DNA of 64,000 nt, from positions 1 through 64,000 of IMG/VR virus record IMGVR_UViG_3300033072_001097; one strand, given 5' to 3'. Shown in pieces: positions 19,453 through 29,079 of the stretch (position 1 is its first letter; each line of letters starts with the position of its first letter). A program made the translations under genes and the position numbers. This DNA comes from a virus (taxonomy: Duplodnaviria > Caudoviricetes). The notes beneath the pieces are model-generated. The model did not search any database. It worked only from the letters and a program-made list of their open reading frames with translations, and was not told the origin of the DNA.

Positions 19453-19650
19453 TCAATTAGCGTTAGATGACTCTGCTTGCTCACTCGGTACGCTATGAAC
19501 TTCTAAACGGCATTGTACGCCGCTACATATCATTATACCAACCAGCAAAACCACACACCACAACCAATAATTCGGTCCAGAGTCGTTCTCATCAGTCAAC
19601 CAATCGTCCAATATTTTCATCGCCGCTGGAGTCGGATTTTTAATCTTCAT
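19453..19650 (-). CDS. Small membrane protein
   Basis: One hydrophobic helix; ATGA overlap with sbcC. Confidence 0.55.
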   Translation of the reverse strand: MKIKNPTPAAMKILDDWLTDENDSGPNYWLWCVVLLVGIMICSGVQCRLEVHSVPSEQAESSNAN

Positions 19651-21455
19651 ACGGCCATCCGCAAATGTGAGAAACGATCCTGTCGCACCACTCTGATCTC
19701 ATTCGGGAAAGTATCAAACATCAAGTCCCTGTGCGAAATAACCAAAATGGTTTCCACCTTAGAACTCAAGTCATCCTTAATAATATTAATTAACGCATCA
19801 ATCCCATCATCATCTAGACGCCCATCTACTTCATCTAATACTAATACATTACACTGCCGCCCATACATCTGTTCATGAAAATCAAACATCGCCAACATAA
19901 ATGCCACGTCTGTCCGCTTCCGCTCCCCACCAGACTCAAACTCATACCCCCACAAATTGCTGCTAATCCCCAATGCCGACGTCAACTCCACATGAATATC
20001 CAAGCCAAATACATCTAAGTAATGCTTAATTCGTTCATTGATATATGGAATATGTTCTTGGAATACGTAGCTCTTAATTTTCGCCCGATCGTTGTAAGCC
20101 CTATAAATATATTGGTAATGTTGACTCAAAAATGCCTTCTCTTCGCGATCTTTTTTGATCTTCTCGAGCTTCGTACCGCGACTAGTCAATGCATTTTGTG
20201 CGTCTGTTATTGATTGTTCGTGCGGGTTTACTTCCGTGTCGATGTTTTGGATTTGCCGCTTCAACCTGTCAATTTCCTTCGTCTTCGCAGCATGCCGCTC
20301 ATGTACTGCCTCAGCTTCCTGCATTGACATAGATGGATATTTCTCAGTCACAATCTGATCGGTTTTAGCGATAGTGTTCCGAATTTGCTTATGCTGTTCC
20401 GTCTGCTCCGCTATCAAAGTGGTAATAGAAATTAATTCTGTTTGGAGCGGTTCAATTTTAGTGGCGATATGGTCCTTTGGGACGGGTTGCTCACAGGAAG
20501 TACAAATTTTACCAGACTTCTCAGTCCACAGACCAATTTTTCGTTCTAAAGAATTCTTGGTCCCCGTCAATTCTGCGATATGACTGGCGATCCGGTTGGC
20601 TTCCGCTCGATATTCACCCAGCTTTTTGTTAATTTGGGCGACCACAGCCCATCGAGCTTTGAGCTTATCTAAGTCCGGAAGTTTCATATCAGCCTGTTCG
20701 GCCTTGATTTTGCTTATTACATTCTGTAGTTCTTTTTTGCGAGCTTCTTTCCCGTCTTCAAAAGTGTTTGCAGAATTTTTAAGCCTATCTATTGAGGCGG
20801 TGATGCGTTCAATATCAGAAGTAATACTTTGTATTTGGAGATCAGCGGCGTTTGCGTCGGCCTCGATCCTATCTAGTTTCCCTTTCGCGATTTTCGAATA
20901 ATATTCGAAACGATCGACGTGGAGTGCTCGTTCAATAGCCTTCTTACGCGGCTGATCGGCCATTTCCATCCATGGCTTACTATATTGGTTAAAGAAAACC
21001 GAGCCACAAAACATTTCCCAGTCTAAATTGAAAGCTCGCGTTAACTGCTTCTGCTGATTCTGGATGGTGGATAGAGTGTTAGCAGTGACAATTGTTTCGT
21101 TACCGTCCTTTACGAATACGAGTTCGTTAACACCATCGAGATTTCTGGTGCGAGTGACACTATCACCGTTTTTGAATTCGACCTTAGCCCAGCAATCTTT
21201 TCCGGTGAAATGGTTAACTATTTTACCACCAGGGCTAGGTGAATGCATTGTCCGCCCGAAGAGAACCCATTGGATGACACTGGGGATAGTCGATTTCCCA
21301 GCTCCATTACTCTTGCGAATTGGGTTGTCCTTGTCCTCCGTTTCGAGGACTTCACCTGTGATTAGGCATTGACCTAAGCTGGTGAGATCAATGGTGGAGA
21401 TATAATCTCCATAACTCATGAAGTTCCGCCAAGAGACACTCTTTAATTCAAGCAT
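19647..21455 (-). CDS. sbcC: SbcC/Rad50/T4 gp46-like ATPase
   Basis: Walker A SNGAGKS, coiled coil with zinc hook CTSCEQ, signature ESGGERKR, Walker B VLVLDE, ISH. Confidence 0.93.
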   Translation of the reverse strand: MLELKSVSWRNFMSYGDYISTIDLTSLGQCLITGEVLETEDKDNPIRKSNGAGKSTIPSVIQWVLFGRTMHSPSPGGKIVNHFTGKDCWAKVEFKNGDSVTRTRNLDGVNELVFVKDGNETIVTANTLSTIQNQQKQLTRAFNLDWEMFCGSVFFNQYSKPWMEMADQPRKKAIERALHVDRFEYYSKIAKGKLDRIEADANAADLQIQSITSDIERITASIDRLKNSANTFEDGKEARKKELQNVISKIKAEQADMKLPDLDKLKARWAVVAQINKKLGEYRAEANRIASHIAELTGTKNSLERKIGLWTEKSGKICTSCEQPVPKDHIATKIEPLQTELISITTLIAEQTEQHKQIRNTIAKTDQIVTEKYPSMSMQEAEAVHERHAAKTKEIDRLKRQIQNIDTEVNPHEQSITDAQNALTSRGTKLEKIKKDREEKAFLSQHYQYIYRAYNDRAKIKSYVFQEHIPYINERIKHYLDVFGLDIHVELTSALGISSNLWGYEFESGGERKRTDVAFMLAMFDFHEQMYGRQCNVLVLDEVDGRLDDDGIDALINIIKDDLSSKVETILVISHRDLMFDTFPNEIRVVRQDRFSHLRMAV

Positions 21456-21508
21456 GATGATACCTCGTATACATAAATACGCAGTGTATCATCGCGATTG
21501 TCTCAGAA

Positions 21509-22243
21509 TTATAGAGTAGCCAATTTTTCCAATAATGCTTTTTGTATTAACCGGAGCGGTTGGATTGGCTCGCTGCGTTCCAAATATTCTCGATAACGAG
21601 TCCGGATAGCTTCTTCTGGGATGACTGAATAGTCACCACATCCTCTGCGCTTATCACTATCGCTTATACGTGGTATATATCTCTGCCATCTCTGTACGGT
21701 ATATTCTTCGCCAAGTTGATTATAATGCCGGAGGCGATGTCCTTTAACAATCGGACAATCAGGACGTGCTCTATGAGCACCATTGCGGTAATTTACACCC
21801 TTTATGCTGTTATTGAATAAGACCATTTTATCAAATTTTCCTCTGGAAACGCCATATGGTATAGTAGCACGGTCGATGTCTTCCAGAGCTTGACCATCGA
21901 CACCCATCATTTCCACACCATAACATTGGAATACTATCTGATCCTGATGTGCTAGGAATAAATCCACATCAATCTCTAGAAATTCATCGGCGTCACAGAC
22001 AATAGACCATTCGGTGGTATCATTCTTCCAACACTCATTCTTGATGGCCGCCATGGCTCGATTATTTTGTTTATCTCCACTGCAATATGGGATAACAGTG
22101 ACTTTCGGATGTGGTGGGACTGGCTCCGTGCTCTCATTATCATGCACTATAATATACTTCGTGAAGATGGCATAGTGATCATAAAAGCGTGGTAGTAAGA
22201 ATTGTTCATTCCAAGCTAGAACATGTACAGTGATATCTAACAT
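21509..22243 (-). CDS. Glycosyltransferase family 2-like
   Basis: AWNE..LP, HDNES, WSIVCDADEFL. Confidence 0.8.
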   Translation of the reverse strand: MLDITVHVLAWNEQFLLPRFYDHYAIFTKYIIVHDNESTEPVPPHPKVTVIPYCSGDKQNNRAMAAIKNECWKNDTTEWSIVCDADEFLEIDVDLFLAHQDQIVFQCYGVEMMGVDGQALEDIDRATIPYGVSRGKFDKMVLFNNSIKGVNYRNGAHRARPDCPIVKGHRLRHYNQLGEEYTVQRWQRYIPRISDSDKRRGCGDYSVIPEEAIRTRYREYLERSEPIQPLRLIQKALLEKLATL

Positions 22244-22920
22244 TATATAATCAAAGTTACTATCTCATTGAGCTTGATCTGACAACGCCTGCAAATCTCC
22301 GGAGCCGCAGCCACAAATTCTTCGGATACAATCCGTCGATATTCCAAATGTGTCTTAACTATGGCCGGAAATCCATCTTTAAATACGTTCAATCGCGTAA
22401 CGATGCCCATATAGTCGGCACAGCACAAATGGTGATTGCCAAAGGCATCAATAACCAACTCAACATATGGACGGAAACAAGGCCGTCTAGTGCGTCTGCC
22501 AGGCAATATACGATTATCAAATCGTGGCCTAATAATATCTATATTCGGATGGGCTGGCCAATCAGTTCGACCCTCATAATTGGACAATTTAATACAATTA
22601 AACTCTTTCCATATATCTGTATTTGTCCCATTCGTCCATAATAAAAATTTAGCGGATGCACATATCTCTCTGATCTTCGCTATGAGTCGAGTTAATCGTT
22701 CACTCTCGAGGCTTGGTTCATTATAATAGTGGAAGGCATGGGCTCCTTGAAAACCCATCTCATAAGCTTGTCGCACATTATCCAGGATAGTTTCGTCATC
22801 TAGTACCCGTTCGGTATTTAGGAACCGCTCTGGGTTAGCTGACGGACATTTGGCAGAATGTGCAGCGGCCAGATTACAAATAGGACCAATTTCATGTACT
22901 AATAGTTGTGTCTGTTGCAT
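22243..22920 (-). CDS. Degenerate radical SAM protein with SPASM/twitch C-terminus
   Basis: ICNLAAAHSAKCP (atypical Cys motif), YYNEPSL, WTNG, CFRP...LCCADY...ICRRC. Confidence 0.7.
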   Translation of the reverse strand: MQQTQLLVHEIGPICNLAAAHSAKCPSANPERFLNTERVLDDETILDNVRQAYEMGFQGAHAFHYYNEPSLESERLTRLIAKIREICASAKFLLWTNGTNTDIWKEFNCIKLSNYEGRTDWPAHPNIDIIRPRFDNRILPGRRTRRPCFRPYVELVIDAFGNHHLCCADYMGIVTRLNVFKDGFPAIVKTHLEYRRIVSEEFVAAAPEICRRCQIKLNEIVTLII

Positions 22921-22922
22921 GC

Positions 22923-23483
22923 TTATTGGAGTGGTTTGGCCCACCACCACACAGAACCTCGAGAGCGTTGTATTTCTAGACCCCAAGCCGTCGCCATATG
23001 GCAGACAGCCCGTTTTACATTACGGAATTCGAAACTGAAGTCATGCCCACATAAGATACCACCAGGGCGGACTTTAGGCCACCATAATTCAATGTCTTGT
23101 CTGACATATTGGTAGGAATGGTTGGCGTCGATGAATACTAAATCAAGATTGTCAGGAACGATTGTGGATGCTTCCTCGGACGTTGTCTTGATGACAGTGC
23201 GGCGTGTCGCCGCGAATTTAGTGACTGCTAGGGCGGTTTTGTAGTTATTCTCTACAGCATCGGCTATTAACACATTCTCACCGCCAATATCTATGATGCG
23301 TTGCTCTGGTGTGGGTTGTAGCACACTCCAGACATCTACCATGAATAAGTGTAGTTTGGGAAATTCTAATAACAAAACTTCTGAAGTTTCTCCTCGGAAG
23401 ACGCCGATTTCAGCTACAGTCTGTTGTTCGATATGAAGGCTGTGAATTAGTTGGCAGATTGATTTAGCGTGTCTGGTTAGCAT
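22923..23483 (-). CDS. Class I SAM-dependent methyltransferase (Methyltransf_24-like)
   Basis: VAEIGVFRG, LDLVFIDANHSY, KVRPGGILCGHDF. Confidence 0.88.
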   Translation of the reverse strand: MLTRHAKSICQLIHSLHIEQQTVAEIGVFRGETSEVLLLEFPKLHLFMVDVWSVLQPTPEQRIIDIGGENVLIADAVENNYKTALAVTKFAATRRTVIKTTSEEASTIVPDNLDLVFIDANHSYQYVRQDIELWWPKVRPGGILCGHDFSFEFRNVKRAVCHMATAWGLEIQRSRGSVWWWAKPLQ

Positions 23484-24022
23484 AAATCACTGAGGTGTTT
23501 TGTTAATGATTTCCAGCATAACTTCTCATCTGGTTCTGATTGATTATCTTTTGCATTGTTGTCTGGTGCGGACCAGCCACGTTTGGTTTTAACGAGGTGT
23601 GAATTGCCTTCGTTTTTGCCGGGGATGAAGATGAAGTGCGGATGCATATATTGGGACATGTATGGTTTTTCGATGTGGCCGTCTTTGATTTCGCAGCGGA
23701 AATAACAGATTGGGTTTTGCCAGTCGCCACCGGCTTTCCATAATTCGCAGTAGAATTTGCGATCGTTTATTTTGATGTCGCGGCTGGCGACGTTGTCATC
23801 GTTTTCTAGATCAAACGAGATTTTATATTCTTTCATGGCGTCGCGGATGAGGTCACGCCACATGGTTTTTGATGGGATGTTGTAACAAAATTCTTCTGTG
23901 ACTGGTGGTCCGTATCGTTCGCAGACTTCGCAGTTTTTTACGTCGGGATATGGTTCGTCTTTTTTGAAGGGTTTGCCGCATCCGGGGCAGTTTCGTTTTT
24001 TAGAGATTTGTGATATTTTCAT
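23477..24022 (-). CDS. Hypothetical protein
   Basis: Start MKISQIS with GAGG RBS; CPGC..CEVC; AGGDWQNP. Confidence 0.65.
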   Translation of the reverse strand: MKISQISKKRNCPGCGKPFKKDEPYPDVKNCEVCERYGPPVTEEFCYNIPSKTMWRDLIRDAMKEYKISFDLENDDNVASRDIKINDRKFYCELWKAGGDWQNPICYFRCEIKDGHIEKPYMSQYMHPHFIFIPGKNEGNSHLVKTKRGWSAPDNNAKDNQSEPDEKLCWKSLTKHLSDLC

Positions 24023-24075
24023 GGTTGACCTCAAGGAATAATATTATTGTTCTTGTATAGTTTTGCTGGTATTTA

Positions 24076-24795
24076 GCGGGTGACGGTGTGGTCAATCCCG
24101 TCGTTGAATATAGTGGCTCTGTTTGCCACGGTTTGGTTAGTTCCGTTACTCAGTCGGTCAAAACAATACGGTTTGTTAAACGTTCGTTTATGATCCTTTG
24201 GGATCTGGATCAGGCGTCTGAAGGACGAAGGTCTCCGGTTTTGACTACTTGTCAGGGATCGACATGCTAAAAGCGAAAGACTCTGGAGGCGGTGGAGCCG
24301 CTTCGGGTAATTGGCTGAGGACCCCGGACCCGGTTATCCGTTATTGACACCCTCAACGTACCCCCGGTGGATTTAGGCAAGAGAGTGAAGTTGCAAAGTC
24401 TTGGAGATGAATTGTCTGGTCGATATTTTATCATCATGATTAGTTGAAATAGTTGAATAGTTGTTAAGTTGAATATGATTGTGATTCGCAGCCTAGGCGA
24501 AACCGGAAGCGTTGGCAGTGATAATGAGGCAGGATACTCATTGGGGTGGTAATCGGCGAACTCGAAGTTCCTGAGGCACCAAAACTGGTGGAGTGTACGG
24601 CTTCCTTGGCGGGAAGTGATGACGGCAGGAATTGGAGACAGATTTCGACCAACACATATTAAGCCCCCGTGAAAGATAATAGATGTTGGTGCTTGTCTGT
24701 AATCCCTCGAGCGAAATAACGCTATAGTCCTTAATAATAAAATTTTTTGTTTATTATTATTATGAGGACGGGGGAGCATCACTCTAGACAGAGAT
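24076..24795 (+). ncRNA. Candidate large structured ncRNA (or origin region), ~700 nt
   Basis: No credible ORF; many short hairpins, a possible pseudoknot and AGTTG repeats (see findings). Confidence 0.45.
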
Positions 24796-24805
24796 TGACA
24801 AGAAT

Positions 24806-24997
24806 ATGTCCAGAATGATAATTGGTTGGCTACGATCACAATTCCAAAAGCCACAAGAAATAACTTGTTATCAACACGAAGACCAAATTATTCTTACGAT
24901 TAATAAAGAGATATACTACGAAGGCCCACTCTCGATTGCCCCAGCAGATGTAAAAGAAAAATTACGAATTTTTCATTCATATCACGATACACTCTAG
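24806..24997 (+). CDS. Small hypothetical protein
   Basis: MSRMIIGW... reads from ATG 24806 on the + strand (the track labels it -). Confidence 0.5.
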   Translation: MSRMIIGWLRSQFQKPQEITCYQHEDQIILTINKEIYYEGPLSIAPADVKEKLRIFHSYHDTL

Positions 24998-25054
24998 ATA
25001 AATATTACCGGGCCGCTGCAATCTCTACAAAAATATTATAAATGGGATCACCAT

Positions 25055-26719
25055 ATGGCTAATATAGGCAAATTTCCACGAAACCCAACCGACGGCGATC
25101 AAGTATCTGATGCCTATGGTAATCGCTGGCAATATACAGCCGAAAGCGACGCTTGGATCTCCAAAGGCGTAGTGACCGGCCCGCCAGTGGTCACCGAAAA
25201 CACTAATGGCATCATTGATTCCGAAATTTACACCAAACTCAGCAAACTCGACAACTATCTAAAGACTGGTGTAGATCTTCGCCCACTAAAATTATACCCA
25301 GGCACCGATGCCTATTGGTATTATTTCCGCTCTAGCGACAAATTATTTCGCTTTACCCCCGAAGGCGAATCAATCCTCCGTATCGAAATAGACAAAGGGC
25401 GTCTATTTCAGATCTTGATGAAGCAGATTTGTCCGGGTGTGCGAGGCCCCAAAGGACCGAAGGGCGACAAAGGTCGAGATGGCTTACCGGGAGCCCCTGA
25501 AATTTGTTATTATCCCTCGGCTGTAGAAGAAAATCGTTTGGATTTTGCGATTTACACCCCGGTGCCATTATTGCCGGATGGTGCTGTATTATTGCCAAAT
25601 AATCATGTTCCGGAGATTTCTGTCAGATTATTCGCGGTGTCACCAGAAACAGTGAACGCTAAATTTGACCAGATGCAACATTTGGCTATCGTATATAGCA
25701 AGCATCACACGGCAGAACTTCCGAAATTCCAGCGGACTCGTGATCTGCTGTTGAAGAGGGCGATGGGCGAGAAGTATGCCAATTTATGTAATATTCCGAT
25801 GAGTTCTGTGGCTGCTTTTTCCGATGGGGCGGAAGTGGCTAGTTCGCCGTCCGTGACGATAGAAGTGAGTCCGATAGACCCAACCGATATTACTATTCTT
25901 TCTGATGAGTTGGATATTGATGAAGTAGAGACGAAGGCGACTATTCGATTTGATCTGGCAACAGGAATAGTATGCGGTTCAATTTTCTTGAATGATCGTA
26001 CGTGGGCAACGATCGCATCGGAATGGTGTATTAAATCGCGGCAAAAGGGACCAGACGGGCTGACTGGAGATCCTGGCGAATGTTATATGCGGATTGTAGA
26101 GTGTACCATTGATGATACTAATTTTACGGTTAGTTGTCCAATTATCAATGCTCGTTTGGATTGTGATTTAGATATTATTTATACGTTGTGTGCTGACTTA
26201 TTAGAGGAGATTTGTGTTAATCAGGTGACGTTGTTGGCGAATTCGGACACGTTGACCGATAACTCTGTGTTTAAAAGTGTGTTTGCTTCTGCTCAAATGA
26301 CATTGGAGGAGTGCAAATATGTTAACCGGTATGAGATATCCCTTGAAAACGATGATCTGCCTGAACTGGATCTTGTTCATTGGGACCCTCAACCCGGCTG
26401 TGTGACGCAGAGGCATTATGATAGGCATGAATTTAATTGGATTCCTGACACAGATATCCCGGCTTGCGATGTTACGGCTACATGGTTCGGCCCGGATGAA
26501 ACGCGGCCTGGAAAGTATCCTTGGGAGATCGTTATTGGATTACCAAAAGAAGATGAATGTTGCGAGGACAGTTTCTTCTGGTGTCCTAATGTCCAAGATC
26601 CACCACTCACTTGTGAAGAACCGGAGGCAGCGGCAGTATCAGAAGTATCAATACCAGACGTACGACAGTTAAAGAAGCCGCAAATAGGATCTGGAATACT
26701 GGCTGACGACAAGGATTGA
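25055..26719 (+). CDS. Virion structural/fibre-like protein with collagen-like triplets
   Basis: N-terminal FPRNPTDGD...WQY...W, GPKGPKGDKGRDGLPG, Cys-rich C-terminal half. Confidence 0.6.
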   Translation: MANIGKFPRNPTDGDQVSDAYGNRWQYTAESDAWISKGVVTGPPVVTENTNGIIDSEIYTKLSKLDNYLKTGVDLRPLKLYPGTDAYWYYFRSSDKLFRFTPEGESILRIEIDKGRLFQILMKQICPGVRGPKGPKGDKGRDGLPGAPEICYYPSAVEENRLDFAIYTPVPLLPDGAVLLPNNHVPEISVRLFAVSPETVNAKFDQMQHLAIVYSKHHTAELPKFQRTRDLLLKRAMGEKYANLCNIPMSSVAAFSDGAEVASSPSVTIEVSPIDPTDITILSDELDIDEVETKATIRFDLATGIVCGSIFLNDRTWATIASEWCIKSRQKGPDGLTGDPGECYMRIVECTIDDTNFTVSCPIINARLDCDLDIIYTLCADLLEEICVNQVTLLANSDTLTDNSVFKSVFASAQMTLEECKYVNRYEISLENDDLPELDLVHWDPQPGCVTQRHYDRHEFNWIPDTDIPACDVTATWFGPDETRPGKYPWEIVIGLPKEDECCEDSFFWCPNVQDPPLTCEEPEAAAVSEVSIPDVRQLKKPQIGSGILADDKD

Positions 26720-26855
26720 AAAATGAACTTCAAGCGTAGACGGCCACGTAAAAATCCGCGATCTGTAATGAGCAGTTCAGATAGAATCTTCCAATTACAC
26801 AGTGACAGACAAAAGTTGAAAAAAGAGGCAGCACAACAAATAAACGAACATATTA

Positions 26856-27059
26856 ATGACAGACGACGATAGTACTTTCATTTGTGAGAAATGCGGTAAG
26901 ACCTTACCGCGTTATATTGATGGTGAATTCCAACCATCCCTAGGCATGAATATGGGATGGGGTGCGATGGAATGGTGTCGGCAATGTGCTCCCCCTGGCG
27001 GCAATGTCGAAGATATTATCCGCGATTTCGAATCATTCATGATTCCGCCGGAAGAATGA
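26856..27059 (+). CDS. Small Zn-finger protein
   Basis: CEKC...WCRQC. Confidence 0.55.
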   Translation: MTDDDSTFICEKCGKTLPRYIDGEFQPSLGMNMGWGAMEWCRQCAPPGGNVEDIIRDFESFMIPPEE

Positions 27060-27078
27060 TATCTACTGTAAATAGGAT

Positions 27079-28503
27079 ATGGCTAGCTTTATAATCTATT
27101 GTCGTAATGCTGATAATTTACATCGAACACTCTGTGATCTTGTAGACAAAACACCACCACAGGTGTTGCAAGAGATCATTCTTTGTGATGATGGGCCGGT
27201 GGGCCTATCTGCGGAATCATATTTATATGATGATGTCCGCCACAAGATTACAGTGATCGCATCTAATTGCATAGGCAAATCGCAAGCGTGGAATCGAGCT
27301 GGTCGTCTAGCCAAAAGTTCTCATTTGGTGTTTTTGACGCAGGCTATGAAATTTGGCTCCGATTGGTGGTTAGAATTGGAGAAGCAATTCGCTCCTAAGC
27401 GGCTGCTTAGTCCGGTAACTTATCCTTTAGACGTTGGGTTATGGGCAACTGAGTCACATGGGTGTCGCCGTTACGGGATGCGATGGGATCTGAGTGTTTA
27501 TAATCGCAAGTTGGGATCACGGTCGCCGTTAGCGGCATATTGCATGATTATTGAAAAGGATTTTTGGGAACAGATTGGTGGTTTTGACGATCAGGCTGAT
27601 GTGGGTCCCGGTGATAATATTTGTTTGTCGTTGAAAGTATGGATGGCTGGTGGTGAAATAGTAGTTGTTGATGATAGTTATGTGGCTGTGGTACACGAGG
27701 TAGAAGCTGGCTCTAAGCGGAATTTGGCTAGATTGGTGGAAGCTTGGTTCCCGAAGTATGCTGGTTTGTTTTATGATATGGCTGGGATTGCTCGTGGATC
27801 TTTAGATCTTGGTAGGCTTAATAATTTAGTGCAGTTCGCCGAAAGCAGCGAGCGATCATCGCAGGAATGGTTGGAGAATTTACATCCGGAATTACTGGGT
27901 GTGCATAAGTTGCGGGGATTAGCCCAGGGAGAACGGATAGCGATAGTAGGGGATGGGCCTTCGCTTGATTATATAAATTGGTCGACTATTAATAGTCATG
28001 ATCTGGTGATTGCAATTGATTATATCGGGTTGTTGTTTGATTGTGATTTTGTGGTAACTGAATCGTTGGATGTGGTGAGCGAATTACGGGCGAAATATTC
28101 TGATAAGCAATTAATTGTACCATATGTGTTGGAGCATAAGATCGCTGGGGAGTATGTGACGGCTACGGAGGCTGTACCTGGTGCCACCGCATTTGAGCTT
28201 GGTGAGATTAGGCAGGTTAATTCGGAGTTTCCGCCTTTTTGTAATTTTGGTACTTGTGTGCATATGGCGTTGCATTTAGCGTTGTTTATGCAGCCGCGTA
28301 GTATTTCTTTGTTTGCGTGTGATAATAAAATTATAGCGGGTAAGAGTCATACTTCTCGATCAGAATTTTATAATGGTGGTGAGATCTGGGCGGATTCTGA
28401 TCATTCTAGGAAGCGTTTTTCTTTTTATGAGGTTGGTGTGGCTCAGCTTAGTAAGTTAGCTCTGCGATTAGGTATTCCTGTCATTCGAATTGGGCATGCA
28501 TGA
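27079..28503 (+). CDS. GT2 glycosyltransferase fused to an MptE/Maf-like domain
   Basis: EIILCDDG, WNRA, IGGFDD..GDNICLSLKVW; second domain IAIVGDGPSL. Confidence 0.75.
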   Translation: MASFIIYCRNADNLHRTLCDLVDKTPPQVLQEIILCDDGPVGLSAESYLYDDVRHKITVIASNCIGKSQAWNRAGRLAKSSHLVFLTQAMKFGSDWWLELEKQFAPKRLLSPVTYPLDVGLWATESHGCRRYGMRWDLSVYNRKLGSRSPLAAYCMIIEKDFWEQIGGFDDQADVGPGDNICLSLKVWMAGGEIVVVDDSYVAVVHEVEAGSKRNLARLVEAWFPKYAGLFYDMAGIARGSLDLGRLNNLVQFAESSERSSQEWLENLHPELLGVHKLRGLAQGERIAIVGDGPSLDYINWSTINSHDLVIAIDYIGLLFDCDFVVTESLDVVSELRAKYSDKQLIVPYVLEHKIAGEYVTATEAVPGATAFELGEIRQVNSEFPPFCNFGTCVHMALHLALFMQPRSISLFACDNKIIAGKSHTSRSEFYNGGEIWADSDHSRKRFSFYEVGVAQLSKLALRLGIPVIRIGHA

Positions 28504-28991
28504 TTTGGATTCTCATTATTATAATTGTGGTTTCTGTTGGTAGTACAGTGTATTTGGGAGTCAAAAGTTTACAAGCCCAACAACAATTAATTCGTGCTTT
28601 AGAGGCCCTGGCGAATGCTCTCCAAAAACGGCAAAGTTTTGACGGTAATACAGTCGCATATCCAGCAGAGAGTCATACAACAGCGGTTAGAAAAGTCGTT
28701 GAACTCGCGCCTGAAATCATCGCCCCGAATCTCAAAACTCCACCCAGAGCGAGGGGAGGGTTCGGGACCGCAGTTCGTACAGATGACGATATACAAATTC
28801 GACAAACCAGTGGAAGCGAAACAAGAAGTGAAGGTTGTCAAATCGGTGGTGGACAATCGGACCAAAACATTGCCACATCCGCCAAAGCCGGTCAATGTAC
28901 TTCCAGTTCCGACTCCCAACGACCAGCCATTGATTGTTCCGACAAGCCAGGAGATTATACTCCCGACACCGGACCCGGCCCCATCCAATGA
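28500..28991 (+). CDS. Single-pass membrane protein
   Basis: N-terminal TM helix followed by coiled coil. Confidence 0.55.
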   Translation: MIWILIIIIVVSVGSTVYLGVKSLQAQQQLIRALEALANALQKRQSFDGNTVAYPAESHTTAVRKVVELAPEIIAPNLKTPPRARGGFGTAVRTDDDIQIRQTSGSETRSEGCQIGGGQSDQNIATSAKAGQCTSSSDSQRPAIDCSDKPGDYTPDTGPGPIQ

Positions 28992-29079
28992 CGACCACGC
29001 CGACGTCCCCCAGGTTGAGGGACTAAGCGACTACCAAGTACATAGACTCGGCGATGTTTACACCGGCAGGAGATGTCTA

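Noticed and set aside
24720-24731. Group I intron S element (CTATAGTCC)
   Set aside because: I found no convincing R/P7 partner and no interrupted host gene; left to an Infernal search.
24267-24854. 195-aa minus-strand ORF and other ORFs in the 24.1-24.8 kb island
   Set aside because: No RBS, atypical composition and no motifs; more likely shadow ORFs over structured sequence.
24806-24997. Minus-strand label in the ORF track
   Set aside because: The listed peptide reads from ATG 24806 on the + strand.
28615-28782. Full 521-aa length for the actin ORF
   Set aside because: The upstream part overlaps a more credible TM-protein ORF; ATG 29080 (strong RBS) or 28783 is more plausible.
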